From Nemertoderma westbladi (Eukaryota > Animalia > Xenacoelomorpha): a stretch of 64,000 nt of DNA. Where the stretch lies: the NCBI GenBank assembly GCA_032718475.1, contig JAUCBJ010005720.1, positions 1 through 64,000 on the forward strand, in the 5' to 3' direction. A model generated the notes under the pieces. It did no database searches. It saw nothing but the letters and a program-made list of their open reading frames with translations, and was not told where the DNA came from. Each line of letters begins with the position of its first letter. The stretch's first letter is position 1. The translations under genes were made by a program, and so were the position numbers. Positions 1-13,916 of this stretch are shown here, piece by piece.

Positions 1-1827
1 AACAGCCAGACAACTATCCAGCCTACAAATTATCTAAATAAAATTATACGCTACCCGTACAGACTTACACAAACAAAGTACAGACTAAACGATGGCAGAC
101 CACTCTCAAGCCTAAATAAACCACAGGACATGCAGACTCCGAAATGATTAGGGAGTATGCGCTCTAACCCAGTAGTGCGACTTATTCTTTAGTTGGGGGA
201 TTACCTTACAGCGTTCGCTGCCCCTACTGCCTAATCGTACTTAATCGGACAAGTGCTCTACACACACTGCAATTCGTTCGGACCTAACAGCAATCAGACA
301 ACAGCTCAGCCTACAAATTGTCTGTCCAATCTGATCAGGTTTACACGCCTTCTGTTCAATACTGGCCTACAAACAAATAAAACTGACAGAAATAAGTAAG
401 CTCCAAAAGAAACAAGGGGTGTACAGTCCCTAATCTCTTAAACAGCCTACCGGTATACAACAATCAAATCGAATAATACTAGTGTACTTATACGGAAGTA
501 GGTACCGGTCCGGATGATCAGGCAGTCAGGCCTACTGGTTACCGGTCGACCGGTACTTTCGACTTTATTGCTTACTGCAATAAAGAAGCGATATCCTTTA
601 ATGTTCGCGCTTTCAGACCTTTGGCAGTTTAACCCACCAAATTAAGATGTCTTCTAGATATTAAATCTGCTTTTAGTCTATGACAAGTATTTGATTCACT
701 ACACTAGTCGAAACCAATCCGTGCGCGACCATTCACCCGCTGGATATTCCCGGGAGATTGGGTTCGACGGTTTAATTTTATTGCTATGTAAGCCTAATGT
801 ATTATTCGACTGACAGTATTATATAATCTCTGACAATATTATTCACCTTCGGTAATATTAACAGTTCCTTTAGGACGTGGCGCTTTATCTATATAAACAG
901 AGTTATGACTTAAACTACTCACAACGATATGGCTTAATTATAATTCACATATATGGCGCATTCTTTAGGAATTGCTTCTTTAACAGACTCACTCATACAC
1001 AATGCTGCACAATACTGCACACTAATCTGCCAATCTTCACTGATTTTAGTCACATATAAAAGGAACACAGGCTGACTCATGTAGGGTCTATCAAATAACA
1101 TTAGATTCACTTCAAACCACTTTAACATAAGTCACAATCGTTATTGGTAACCTTTCTCTCTTACCTTCGGTATATCAAGAATATTGGGTTGCGGGGTTAT
1201 TTATCGTTATTCCAAATATAATAATTCATCAACCATATTATGAAGAACTGACAGTAAATAGCAGTATAAAACAACAACTGAACAGTTAGGTATATCGGTA
1301 CATCAGTACCGGTATGTCAGCATTGAGATATTTACAGAGATATTCAAGTTAAAGGATATATGCCCTTTATAATTAAACCTACTAGTGTAAGACTAAAAAG
1401 CAGTACAGCACAAAATACTTCCAAGCCGTTCTTTCTTTGGCTCAAGACTGAATGTAAACACTGCACATAGGCATTGCGTCATTTCTCGGAAATTTTCTGT
1501 ACAAGGAGCCACAAAAACGCTCTCATTGGCTGACTGAACTGAGAGACGCCGTAGAACAAAGGAAATCAACACGTATGAATGTCAGCTGTTAACCGTAGTC
1601 ATAGTAACTACTGTTCAAGAGTAGCTATCACCCTTTTGCGTCACGAATTGCCATAGAATCATAAAATATGCCTTTCACAGTACACATACGGAGGAAATAG
1701 GTCTTAGATCCTCTAAAAACACCGATACAGCAATAATACGGTCTCTTACACTTATTAAATCAACTACAGAGTATTTTAATGTAAAAGATAATAAAAATAA
1801 CGGGGCAATTCAGCAAAGGCTTTTACA
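1..1827 (-). mobile_element. Copy C: 5' LTR (602-1827) plus start of the 5' leader of a BEL/Pao-type LTR element, nested in copy A and running off the window start
   Basis: Minus strand begins TGTAAAAGCC at 1827 and ends GCGCGAACA at 602, like the LTRs of A and B. 1-590 is homologous to the leader of A (10440-11000) and B (37800-38400). Confidence 0.85.
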
Positions 1828-2175
1828 GGCTACTTTCACAATTGCGACTCGCTACTGTAAACACACTTTAGTAGTAACATTCACCTATAAACGCACAAAT
1901 TCCACACAACTGTCACAAACCGCACACATTCGGGCCATTTGTCAGTTAGTCAAGTGCCTTCCAGAATGCCACATTATTATTGGGTATCCTTGGATACTAG
2001 CAGTGTGCTATTTATTCCTTATGCTATTCAATGGGGCAAGCCTTTATTGTTCTTTTAACTCACTTCTAATTCTAGCGTGGTTGTTGCCATGGTGACATTA
2101 TGGAAAGCTAGCAGTAGAATTAGGGTAATTCTCATGCATACAGATCGGGGATGCTATTTAATAGTAATTCTTTAA

Positions 2176-2909
2176 GGGGGGGGGGGGGGGGGGGGGGGGT
2201 ACACCATTTTCGGACAACTCTTAGATTTATCACTGTCAGCGTTTCAAAATTATTCGGTTTTGGCTATAATTTGGAATATAAGTGCCTAAGATGCTATTCT
2301 ACATGACAGGTTAGAAAATTTTTATTTTTCGCTATTTAATATTAGTTAATACTAGTTAACAACAAAAAAAACTTGGTTGCGCTTAAAACCCTAAGGCTTT
2401 TTCAGTTTTGAATCTAATCACATGAAAGTTTTTTTATATGATAGATCAAAGATGGGGCAACATAACTATCAGGCGAAATTTTGTGAAAATAATTCTGCAC
2501 CGCTAGGTGGCGCTGTAAATTTATGCCTAATTTTTAGGTTTGTTATAAATAGTGTTAAATTTTATTAACAAATAATTTCGAAAAGTTGTCTGATACTTTT
2601 ATGCAGGGTGGCTATGTAGACACCCACAGAAAGTTTCAGACTAATTGCTCAAAAATTGTAGAAGTAAGTAGTAGGGTTTTGAAGTTGACAATTTCATAAA
2701 AAAAATATTTGGAGATAATCGACCTTTCATTATACATAGTAATAGTAATTTCAATAGGAATCCCTAAATGTAAATTGTTATAACTTAAAAACTAAAAGAG
2801 CTATTAAATAGCGGTTTTCAGATTTGGAAACACCATTCAATGGTGCATTATAATAGATCATAAAAAAAATTTCGACATATTTTTGACAAAAATGGTGTAC
2901 CCCCCCCCC
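2176..2909. mobile_element. Non-autonomous DNA transposon (MITE), Kolobok-like, inserted in copy A
   Basis: TIRs G(n)TACACCATTTT / AAAATGGTGTAC(C)n with TTAA on both sides (2172-2175, 2910-2913). The empty site with a single TTAA is present in copy B near 45368. GG..CC termini with a TTAA duplication fit Kolobok. Confidence 0.8.
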
Positions 2910-4036
2910 TTAATTGTCAATATTCCTCTTTATACATGATTTTATGAATTTTATCGGCTATTGACTATATATTGGAGATTCTCGCACACTAATATACTTA
3001 ATAGGGTGAATCTCCGCTCCCATGATCTATTAATTAATGGAATTTTGGGAATGTTATAAATTGTATAAAAATGACAATTTATCAAATTCATTAAAAGAAA
3101 TGAATTTAAATTTATTCCCGTAAATTTTATTATTTAATATTAAAATAGACACAATTTTATTCCAGAACATATCTGGGGACTGGGATCCTTGATTCTAGGA
3201 AATTTGTCCTTTTAAGAGTATCGGTAAGTGCTACGATATCTTAATTGACTAGAATTTTAAAGGATCTAAATTTTGACAGATTTTAATTTATAGATTCTCT
3301 AGAGTTAACTTGTAAGTAGTTACTCTATTGTATTTGTTTGACAGATTTTATAAATATTAATAGTTAATATTTAAGATGGGCACCGGTTTATTCCAGAACA
3401 TGTCTGGGGACGTTAACCATTGATTCTAGAATTTTGTCTTTTAAGTATATCGGTGGGTGCCGCGATATCTTAATCGACTAGAATTACAGATGGTCAAAGG
3501 GTTTAACAGATTTATTTTGCGTTTTACGCTACTGTTAAAGGGACATCACGCTACTATATGTATTATTTAATATACGGTATGAGAGCAATATCGCAAGAAG
3601 CAATGTCAGTGAGAAGAGGCAAGTCGTTTCCAAGGTCTACCCAGAGCTTGGTTTAGCCGAGACACGAGGATCTGAATTTTGCATTCCTAATACTCTACTT
3701 ACCAATAATACTTGAATATAGTAGGAGCTTTATTGTACTTTAATAAGTACGGATATTTCATCTTACTGTAGTCACGTATTTATAATGTAATACGGACAGT
3801 AAGGAAAGAGAAAAAGAATTATTTCTCGCCGTCGCACTAAATATATAATATATAAGTAATTAAGTAATAAACCTAATATATATTGCACTAATCTACTAAT
3901 AATCGCTAAAATAACATTCTACTAAATAAAATTAAAGAAAACGATTATAATAAAATTACATAATAATACATACATAAATATAAAATAATAAAAACAAATA
4001 TAAAATAATATAGTCACACACCCACTCCAGACGCTG

Positions 4037-7000
4037 TTACGTTGGGGAGTCCCTAGATGTTTGTTGGATTAGGGAGGTGGTCGTGGGAAGAGTATCTTGC
4101 CTTCCATAGTTTCCGGACAGTTCTCTGTCTCTTTCCAGTAAACATAAACGACCAACTGGGCGATTGAGTTGTTGTGTTTCGAATACAATTCCAGGTTTCC
4201 TCTTCGTCCTGGAATAGTGACGATAGAAACATCGCTTCAAATACACGACGGCCTTACAAAGCCGATTCCAGGATCTATAGTGGTCCATCGCTCCCGGCAG
4301 GAGAGGTGAGAGTCCCTGCGAGACGTCTGGTGTTCCAGATCTCCAGTCTCTCTCTCTGATCTCCACAACAGATCGGTTCGCGGTGGGGGAGTTTAGATCC
4401 ACAGCGTCGTCCCTGGAAATGTGTAGTACAGACAGATCTAGCACGGGTTTAAATAACCTTGATTTACTCGTCCGGGTTTTAGGTTTGACTTTCTCCGCTC
4501 CCTTGGCTTGTCTAATCTCAGACGTGGTAAGATGGGGAGGCCATTCATCTTCTTTACTTAGGAAGTCGGGTCCACCTAACCAGTCTGGAGTATCTGTCAG
4601 TTCTTGAGGAGTTGCTCCTCTGGAAGCGATGTCGGCTAGATTAATCGTCTCGGGGCAATGTCTCCATTGATCTACATTAGAGTTAATATCGTCATTATCT
4701 GAGGAGTATGGTGTTCCCTCAGTTGTGGTCGTCTCTCCCTCACTGATGTCTTCTTCCCATTCACTCTCCTGATGGACCTGATCTTTGGGTAGCCTTTCTA
4801 GGAGTGTCCTACGGGAAGGTCCAGTGAGGTACCAACCTACTCTTGTTCTTCCCGCATAGGTTTGCAATGGTTGCGGTCGAGCAGGCCGTTTCTCTAATGT
4901 CTCAAGCGCCTCATGCGCATTTTGGCCGATGAGTATCTGTACCCCTGGGTAGTCGGTGTTGAATCTAGGTATCTCATGCTGCTGGGTGAAATCGTCTTCA
5001 TCCCAGTTATAAGGTTCCACTTGGCTGGTAGCGAAGTTCTTTATCGCCACCATTTTTACTAACCTTATACTGTGTTCTCCTAGTTCATCCTGGGGGGTGG
5101 ACAACGCGCCTACATAGTAGTCTGTAGCTACTGTAGATTTCCAAACCTGCATAATTCCTGAAAGGTTCAACTTAGTTCGGAACTTGGGTTGTCCAGCAAA
5201 GATGTCTTCGGCTAGTTCTTTGTCGATGAATGTTCCTGTGCTGCCGGAGTCAAGGAGGGCGTTCACTATATAGCTCTTTTCTGGCCCGTGGACTCTCAAC
5301 TGCACTACGGGAAATTCTCGGATTCCTACGTTGGAAGTTGGTGCTTTCCAAGATGGTTGTCGGTCAGGAGTAGTTAGGGGGAGCTCACTGTCGGTTTCCT
5401 TTCTCATACGTAAGTGCTCGATACACTGCGGTATTTATTAAGTAACAGGATTCGTTTTCGTCGGAGAATTCATCCGTATAGAATCCTTCCATCTCAGAAC
5501 TTTGGTCAGTGTCGTTCACATCACTGAATTGGACATGTAGTTCGGGCTCACTTACCTGACTCGGGCTGTTTCTTTCGAATTCAGTGTGCAACAAGATATG
5601 ATGTTTCGCGCCGCACTTAGCACACCTTGCGTCGGAGTAACAGGTTCGCCGTTGGTGTCCTCGTCTGAGGCAATTATAACACAACCGCTTATCCCACATG
5701 ACTTCACGTCTATCTTTTAGTGATTTCTTTAAAAATTTATCACACACACTTAAACGGTGGGGCCCATCGCACAGCGCACATTTTGGTTTGATGTTACTCA
5801 CCTTACCTTGGGTAACGTTGTGCACTCTCGTTCTTTCCTCGGGCTTTCTTCCGTGAACTCTATTAGGAGACGTAGGAGGAGTTTTTGTTACCTGTTCTCT
5901 CCTGTCATTGGTTCGAGACTTAAATTTACTTACGTCTTTAGGCGCTTTGTTGACATAGTAAGATCTTTCAGTGTCTTTCCCGCTGTCCTCTTCTTGAGAA
6001 GCCTGGCTTTCGCCGTCGTCTGTATAACACACTGGTGTTACCTTTCTCCTAGAAACGGGTTTTCTCACTTACCTTATTTTCCGGTGTCTTCTCTCTGGAC
6101 TGCTTTAGGAGCTGTAATTTTACCTCTCCATCTAAGAATGACATGAGATCAGCCATGGTAGGGTCTCTTCGTTGTTGTTCCATCATATATAAGACTTTCT
6201 TGTCCCAGCGTGTACCTACTCCACCCTTTGGTAAAGTAGAGGCCACGGCTCCAATAACCATAGAACTCTGATATTCATGAGACTTACCTAGCCAATCTAA
6301 TTGTCTACAGATCTCCTGAATCTCATCGGAAAACTCTATAATCCCGCTGCTAATGAACTTTCGGGGCGCTACCAATTTTGCATACAAATACCTAGCTATG
6401 TTATTCCTATTACCATACCTGATGTTTAGTGTATCCCAAACTTGTCTTAATCCATCTGGATGTCCAATAAACTTTAACGCCATTAACTTGGGAGATCCTT
6501 CCAAGCACTCGATGAGGAATCTAAGTTTCTCTCCGTTAGATAGCACAGAGTTCTGTATGTTATCTTTGTAATATTCATTAAAAGGTAACCATTTCATCTC
6601 ATCTCCATTGAACTTGACGATCTCTCCCACCTTTACCGCTTGACGGGCTTCGGTTCTAGCCATTTGACGCGTAAAACTTTCTTGGGCCATCGTGTTATTT
6701 AATATCGAGTTATCGGTATATAAATTTCTCGGATTATGATCAGGTCTATATGGAATATCATTGTCAACAGGTTTATAATTACCCTTAATAGGGTTTACTA
6801 TAGGAGTTTCTACTTCACTAGCAGTATAGATGCGTGTAGGCTCCACACCTTGCGCATGAAATACTTCAGACCTAACAGGTTGACACATTGTTACCGGGGT
6901 TGGTGGTATACCCCTTTGGGTATTTACTAATTTATCGCGTTCTAACGCGATACTCTGCTGCACTTCTTGCAACTCTAACCTACTTTCCCTTACTGTGCCC

Positions 7001-8986
7001 TTGAACTGCTGAACAGTCTCCTGCATCTGCCCGAGCAGGAGATCCATCCCCCGCCGTCTCTCATCCACCCACTCGACCGCCGAAGCGGGAGCCGCCAACA
7101 TAGTAGCGGGTGGATGAGGGACAACGGGCGACAAATCATTGATATTTCGCTCGGAGTCCAGGACAGGAGCTGTCTCTGGGGCTGTTCTGCTGGGCACAGG
7201 TAGTTTAGTGCTATGCAAAGGGAATTTAGAGGTAGGTTCTGGGAGTACAGGTGTCTCTATCACTGAAGGGGTGGCTTCGAGAACAGGCCTAATTATTTCA
7301 GGCTCATCTACTATAGTAGGGAGTCTTGCTGCCCTAATAATTTGGTCTGTGGGTTCTGTACTACCTAAGTCTGTACTAGCTAGTTGCCTTCTAACAGCTG
7401 GGGGCAAATCAGGCAATTTCTGACGGTGGGGCATTCTTCTACGCCTGCTTAGACGAGATCTATTTCCTCCGCCTTCAGGATCGGTGGTATCGCCTTCATC
7501 AGATGATGTAAATCCCTGCCTTTTAGGAGTAGATCGACTTATCATCTGCATTTGACTAGCTGTTAACTGTTTATTTATGCCGTCTTGCTTCTCTTGAAGA
7601 TTTTCCAACTCTAGCTGGGTGGTCTCTTCAGACGCTCTCCGTTCTGCTTCTGCCACTGCCTCTGCCGCTTTTCTTTCCGCTTCTGCCGCTGCCACCTTTC
7701 TTTCAGCCTCTGCCTCTGCCGCTGCCGCTGCCGCTTTTCTTTCAGCCTCTGCCTCTGCCGCTGCCGCTGCCGCTTTTCTTACTACTTCTGCCGCTGCCGC
7801 TGCTGCTGTCTTTCTGTCTTCTATACGTTTTTTCTTTACTTGTTCTTCTTGGACTCTAGCGATGCGGAGGCGTTCATCAAATTTAGCTTGGTTCGCAGCT
7901 AACATTTCCACATCTATTGCGTCCAACACAAGCTTGGCTCCTTCACATTAGGGCGAAGTCCAGCCAGCTGTCTCCTCAACTCTTCATCACCTAGAAATCG
8001 TTGATAGTCTGACAGATAGATGTCAATAGCGTCCCTCGTCTGCGGTTTCTCTGCTGTCGCTTCGCTTTCCACTTGAGAAAAGGTAGCGTCTGTTGATTCT
8101 CCATGGGTTGAGCGCTCAGCAAGCTGAGATTTCCACTGGGCCGTTCCTTGAACCTTGAGACCCACCCGCTGGAACCAAGTCTTTACGGCAACTTGCAACG
8201 ACGTGTCTTGTCTTCTTTTCGAAGCTTCCTCAAAGGCCGATAAGATTAGTCTGATTCTTAGAATTCTTTTCGAACTTGATAAAACGGCTCTCCCTGCTCT
8301 TGAGGTCCTTGGGGTTGTTGAAACAGTTGTTCCTCTAATCGCTCCATAGAGCTGAAGAATCCCTGTACATATCCTGCTGCTGACCTCTTCCACACAGCTG
8401 GATCTCTAATGTCTTTTGTCACTCCCATCCTATGTGTGTCTTCCCAGGCAGCTTCCGATAGGTCAAACGGGAGTCCGGGTCCGGGGAAGTTCCATTGCGA
8501 CTCGACAATAGACTTCAGTTCCTCTCTTGGGTATCCCGCATAACTATCCTTGGTCGATCGCTTGTTTCTAGCCCAATCAATTTGGTGTTCCTCCACCGCA
8601 ATCAATACCCTAGTGAGTACGGCTGCAGGAAGAATGAGAAGGGGATCCGAATAAACAGCATCTGCCATCTTTGCTCCGCGCTCGGGTGGCAGCTCTACAG
8701 TATCCGAACTACTGGAGCTATCGGGCCGCTGAGAATTAAGTTCTCGGCTAGGGTGTTGCTGCTGTTTAACAGCTGCTTCCTGGTCCCGCTTGACCTGAGC
8801 CCGAGTGCCTATGATAGACCTACGGTGTTGGACTAGCCTAGGGTCTGATATCACTACTGGAGGGATGATCTTTCTCACAGTAGGAGGTGAGTTGAACTTC
8901 GGTCTCACACGTTCCACACTCCTGTCTGGGTCACAGATGGTTGTATCTAGGAGACTGTCTGACAGGTTTTGCTTTGTGTCAGACAT
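4037..8986 (-). pseudogene. BEL/Pao gag-aspartic protease polyprotein with RT/RNase H/integrase deleted, split by about four frameshifts
   Basis: Overlapping ORFs 8986-8258, 8393-7914, 7929-6049, 6068-5385 and 5407-4037. Gag core KFNGDEMKW...LSNGEKLRFLIECLEG, BEL triple zinc knuckle (CALCDGPH, CYNCLRRGH, CAKCGAKHH), protease ALLDSGS, remnants QWRHCP..NLADIASRG..W.GGPDFL and RPVGRLCLLE. Confidence 0.9.
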
Positions 8987-9122
8987 GTTTGTTTGTACAG
9001 TTGAATGCCTACTGCTATATTACAGTTAAAGCAAGTCTAGTAATTCAGTATCAACTGTCAGCCTAGTAATTAATTACCGATATCGTTACTCAGTGTAACG
9101 TGATATATATACACAATATATT

Positions 9123-9500
9123 AGAATACCGGCATACACTTATAGTATATATATAAGTATTATTACAGACTAGGTTTGTCACAGAATACCGGTATATAAT
9201 TTCAGCACAAATATATAGAAATATATAATAAGCCTATCGTGAATACCGATATACAGCTTACACTTATAGTATATATAAGTATTATTACAGACTAGGTTTG
9301 TCACAGAATACCGGTATATAATTTCAGCACAAATATATAGAAATATATAATAAGCCTATCGTGAATACCGGTATACAGCTTACACTTATAGTATATATAA
9401 GTATAATTATAGACTAGAATTAATTACAGAATACCGGTATATAATTTCAGCACAAATTTATAGAAATAAATATAATAAGCCTATCGCAAATACCGGTATG
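9123..9500. repeat. About 122-bp AT-rich tandem repeats in the leader of copy A (counterpart about 39595-39920 in B)
   Basis: Recurring GAATACCGGTATA...ACTTATAGTATATATAAGTATTATTACAGACTAGG units. Confidence 0.75.
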
Positions 9501-11086
9501 TCAATTATTTTAGAATAATTGAATTTCTGAATTTTTAGGGTTACTTAGTTACTTTACTTTACTTTATTACCGTTATTTAAGCAGTAGTCCAACTGACATT
9601 AAGACCTAATTGTTGTATGACAGGCCTACTATTTTATAAATCGGTTTGAGTTGATTTATAATATATATACCCGTTTAATGGGTTTTTGTCAATATTTGAA
9701 ATAAATGTTATTATTTCTGGGAAAGAGTCACTGCACAGAAGCTGTACGCTCTCAGTGAAGTGCTACTTGTTGGACACTAAAACAAATAATTCTAATTTGC
9801 CTAAGTTACTTAATACTACAAATTACGTACAATACGGGGTGAGATTACAATCTCTAAATAAACATAAAATTTACACATACGAATTTTTAGGGGTAATTTT
9901 ACAAGAAGTCTACAAACCAGCCTAACAAGGGGTTAGAATTTCTGGTTATTACAACGGATAGGATACTACGGTATTTGAAAGGAATAAAGCAGTAGTAAAT
10001 ATACTGCATTGTCCAGATAGGAAAAATACCACCGTCTGACGACTTATAGCCGTAGCGCTATAAGTACTACGTTATGTATCATGGAGTGTTCCTACCTAGA
10101 AGTTAATTACCGCGGCCTACCAGAGCCAAAGTGCCTATTAACCACTTTACAACACAAATTTACTGCCTACACACTAATTACCTTCGGAAAGCACTGTACA
10201 CTAAACCCTAAATTAGGTACAAGTACTTATACAACAAATAACCAGCAGTTAAAATACTTGAACAGCTAAAAGAACCACGGTATCTGCCGGAGTGACCAAA
10301 GCATAAAATCTCCAGTCTTTACCTACGCCGAACAGCCCTGATGTAGTACTGGGGTTAATTTAACTATAACGGTATGTATAACAAGCACAATTACTGTAGG
10401 AATAAACTTGGGGTTTGTGAATGTTGCGAATAATCGCATAAACTCTGAATAATAAATATTACGCTACCCGTACAGACTACACAAACAAAATACAAACCAA
10501 ATGCTGGCAGACTACTATCAAGCCTAAATAAACTACAGTATATGCAGACTCCGAAATGGTTAGTTAGTATGCGTTCTAACCGAGTAGTGCGACTTATTCT
10601 TTCGGGGGGGTTTTACCTTACAGCACTGGAAGCCCCTACGTTCCTAACTAGTACTTTATCGGACATACACTCTACACACACAGCAATCTCTTCAGACTTA
10701 ACAACAGCTAGACAACAATCCAGCCTACAAATTATCTGTACAATCTGAGCAGGCTTACACGCCTTCTGTTCAATATTAACTTTCAAATAAATAAAACTGA
10801 CAGAAATAGGCCTAAGTAAAATCCCAATAAAAACCAGGCGTCCCCGATTAAATATTAAGACCTACCGGTATATAATTATCAAAATCGAATAATACTGCTG
10901 TACCTGTACTGCTGTAAGTACCGGTTCGGGTGGTTAGGCAGTCAGGCCTACTGGTTACCGGTCGACCGGTACTTCAGCTTTATTGCCTACGTTGCAATAC
11001 AGAAGCTATAACTGTTATTGTTCTTACCAGAACAATAGTAAACTGTATTTATTGCCTACACTGCAATCAGAATTAATAACTGTTAC

Positions 11087-12242
11087 TGTTCGCGCTTTTA
11101 AGACCTTTGGCAGTTTAACCCGCCAAATCTATATGTCTTCTAGGTTATAAATCGACTTTAGCCTATGACAAGTATTTGACACAAATAAATCCAACATTAG
11201 CCGAAGCCAGTCTATGCGCGACCATTCACCCGCTGGATATACCCGGGAGACTGGATTCGGATGCTTTAATTTGATTGCGGTGCAGGCCTACCGTACTATT
11301 CGATTGATCGTTAATATATAATCTCTGACAAATATCATTCACTTTCGGGAAATATTAGCAGTTCCTTTAGGACGTGGCGCTCTATCTATATAAACAGAGC
11401 TATGGCTTACGCTAAACACAACGGAATGGATTATAAGTTACACATAAGGCGCATTCTTTAGGAGATGCTTTGTTACGCGGACAAGCACATACAGACTATT
11501 GCACACCGCTGCACACTGAATTGCCGATAGTCACTGATTTTAATCATATATAAAGAGAATAGCAACCGACATTTGTAGGGCCTATAAAATAGCATTCAAT
11601 TCACTACAAACCACGATAATATAAGTCGCAATTGCTATATGTAACCGGTCTCTCTAACCTTAGTGTATCAAGAAGATCGGGGTTTCTGATCGTTTATCGT
11701 TATTCTCCAAATAACAATATGTAAACAACTGATACAATTAATAACAAACAGTAAATAGCAGTAAATAATGTGCAATACAGCAGTAGGTACCGTACCGTAC
11801 CGGTAACAGTTATGTGTTCTTATAATTAAAGTTGTTCTAATGTTGGAATAATTCAGAATAATTCCATAGCCGATGTTCTAGGCTCTGGAAAAACCAACAC
11901 ACTGAACCCTGTGAGCTGTTGCAGGTAGCTTTCAACACAAAGAGGAAAAACTCTCATTGGCAGAGCTCCATATTCCACAGATTCCACGAATGTCTAAATG
12001 CCGAACTATTCGGGTTTTTGCAGCCCTTAGCCAACACACAGGATGAATCACTCTGCTTGGTTGACCTTGCTCTGGTTGGTTGATCGAACAGAACAAAGAG
12101 GCCATACATACAGCAAATCAGCCAATCAGCCGGTAGCTTGCATCATTTGAGTTAGGGAGTTTTCTTTAGAGTATTTGAGCGCATTGAGGGAAACTGGATT
12201 GCGAAGCAAAAGGGCCAGTTATATCCCATAAAAGCTTTTACA
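11087..12242 (-). repeat. 5' LTR of copy A
   Basis: Reads TGTAAAAGCTTTT...AAAAGCGCGAACA on the minus strand. 11087-11830 is nearly identical to 37040-37789. Confidence 0.9.
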
Positions 12243-13413
12243 AGATTCCCCGCTACAATCTTGAAACCAATGGCCGAAGATCTTTTTCAGTTGGTTCTCC
12301 TACAATATGGAATTCTTTGCCCCTCCGTATTCGGTCAGCACCATCAGTTGATACTGTATGTTTAAGAAATTACTAAACACCCATCTATTCAACATTGAAT
12401 ATAATTAAGGATATAAACTAATTGTAAAATATCATGCATTACGGCCTTTACATGTTATGTTATGCCACTTGATATTTTTATCTCTTCTATATTTTATGCG
12501 CATTTTTTTAAATATGCCTATTTTATATGAAATGTGGTAATATACCATTTTTTTCTAAAATTATACTCTTTTCTAAATTGAGTAAATCCAGTTTTACTAG
12601 AAATAAACGAATACGAGTCCATGTTCTCTATAACGAATACAAGTAAATGTTTTCTAATACATAAACGTCTAAAACTGTTGCGGGTCCTTACGCCCTCTCG
12701 CCTCTGATCCTACTTTATATTGATTGTGTTTGATTGTGTTTTTATTTAAAGTTCACCTTTGCGCTTAGAACATAAAGTATGAACGCTATATAAAATTTAT
12801 ATAAATATTATTATTATTATTATTATAAAGGAATATTGAAAAGGGCTATTTGTATCTAGCGTGATGTCTGTGAGTAATTATTTTGTAAAACACGAACTGC
12901 CGATTATGTTTTTAATGCTTATTTAAGATTTCCATTACCCCACATGTTCCAATGTATTACTCAGCCGTGTAATGTAAACCATCCTTCCAGAAATTATTGT
13001 GTATTAGGCCTATTGGTCTCCATTCTAACTAACCAGCACTGTTAGAAGGCCTATTGCACTGTAATCTGAGGTGCCGGTATCTGTATTGCTTCCTCAGTTG
13101 ATTTTCTCCGACGTCCGGTGATAAAGAACATCCCACATCCTTCTGTCAATGTTAGTTTGATACGGGATTTCTTTATATAAATGCGATACCATAAAATACT
13201 AAATGGCGGTGCTTGCGCACCGCGACAGAAGCTCTCTAGCTTCAGACGTCTGTTCAACTGTCCACGTCTTCGTTCAAGTTACACTCAAAATAATGTATAA
13301 ATGTATATCACATAAATGACCTTTATTATGTTCCCTAAGAGTTAATGAACAGAAGACGGCACATAATTATTGTCCTTTCAATAAGTTACTTTATTATTAG
13401 AAGTTCGTTAACT

Positions 13414-13679
13414 TCTTAACTGTAAAAGCATTCACTATCTATCTATGTATGTATGTGTGTGTGTATGTATATCGGGTTAACTCCTCCGAAACTATAGCTC
13501 GTCCGTCAATGAAAGTTATATCAATCGACGCAGCTCAACCCCAGAATGTGGAAAAAAGTTTCAAAAAAATTTATTAAAGTGTCTTTTATTTATTTCGAAA
13601 AATAGCCCCCTAACACGAAAATTGCCAAAGACTCCATCCATAATAGAAACACCAGCTGCTGGTGCTCATGACGGCCTAG
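13414..13679 (+). mobile_element. Probable short non-autonomous Helitron-like element
   Basis: 5' TC..., internal (TATG/TG)n microsatellite, subterminal hairpin CACCAGC-T-GCTGGTG and 3' CTAG followed by T. Confidence 0.45.
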
Positions 13680-13916
13680 TAAGCTACTACTATTGATTGA
13701 ATGGAATGCCCAAACTGCAGAGAAGTACATTACTTGCCAAGTTTGTGTGCTAACTAATAGTGTATTATTGTAATATAGTAGGCCTATACATGTTATTGTA
13801 GTAGTTTGTAATGTATTATCCCGCCAGCTGAATAGCAGTTTACAAATTTAGGAATTACGTAATTTTTATTGAAATTAATATCTCTTATCTCTCCAAACGA
13901 CGTAGGCGTTTCGACT

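Larger units (their letters stand above)
1828..12242 (-). mobile_element. Copy A: non-autonomous BEL/Pao-type LTR retrotransposon (5' LTR 11087-12242, about 2.1 kb leader, gag-protease, part of 3' region), interrupted by copy C
   Basis: The LTR has TGT...ACA termini on the minus strand. Internal sequence is colinear with copy B 37790-45727 as reverse complement. Confidence 0.9.

Noticed and set aside
602-1827. 3' LTR of copy A
   Set aside because: Too divergent from A's 5' LTR, no PPT, 1.8 kb of 3' region missing, and followed by its own PBS and leader.
7619-7951. Ala/Ser-rich plus-strand ORF and other short antisense ORFs over gag
   Set aside because: Antisense shadows of the EAERK coiled-coil and gag coding sequence.
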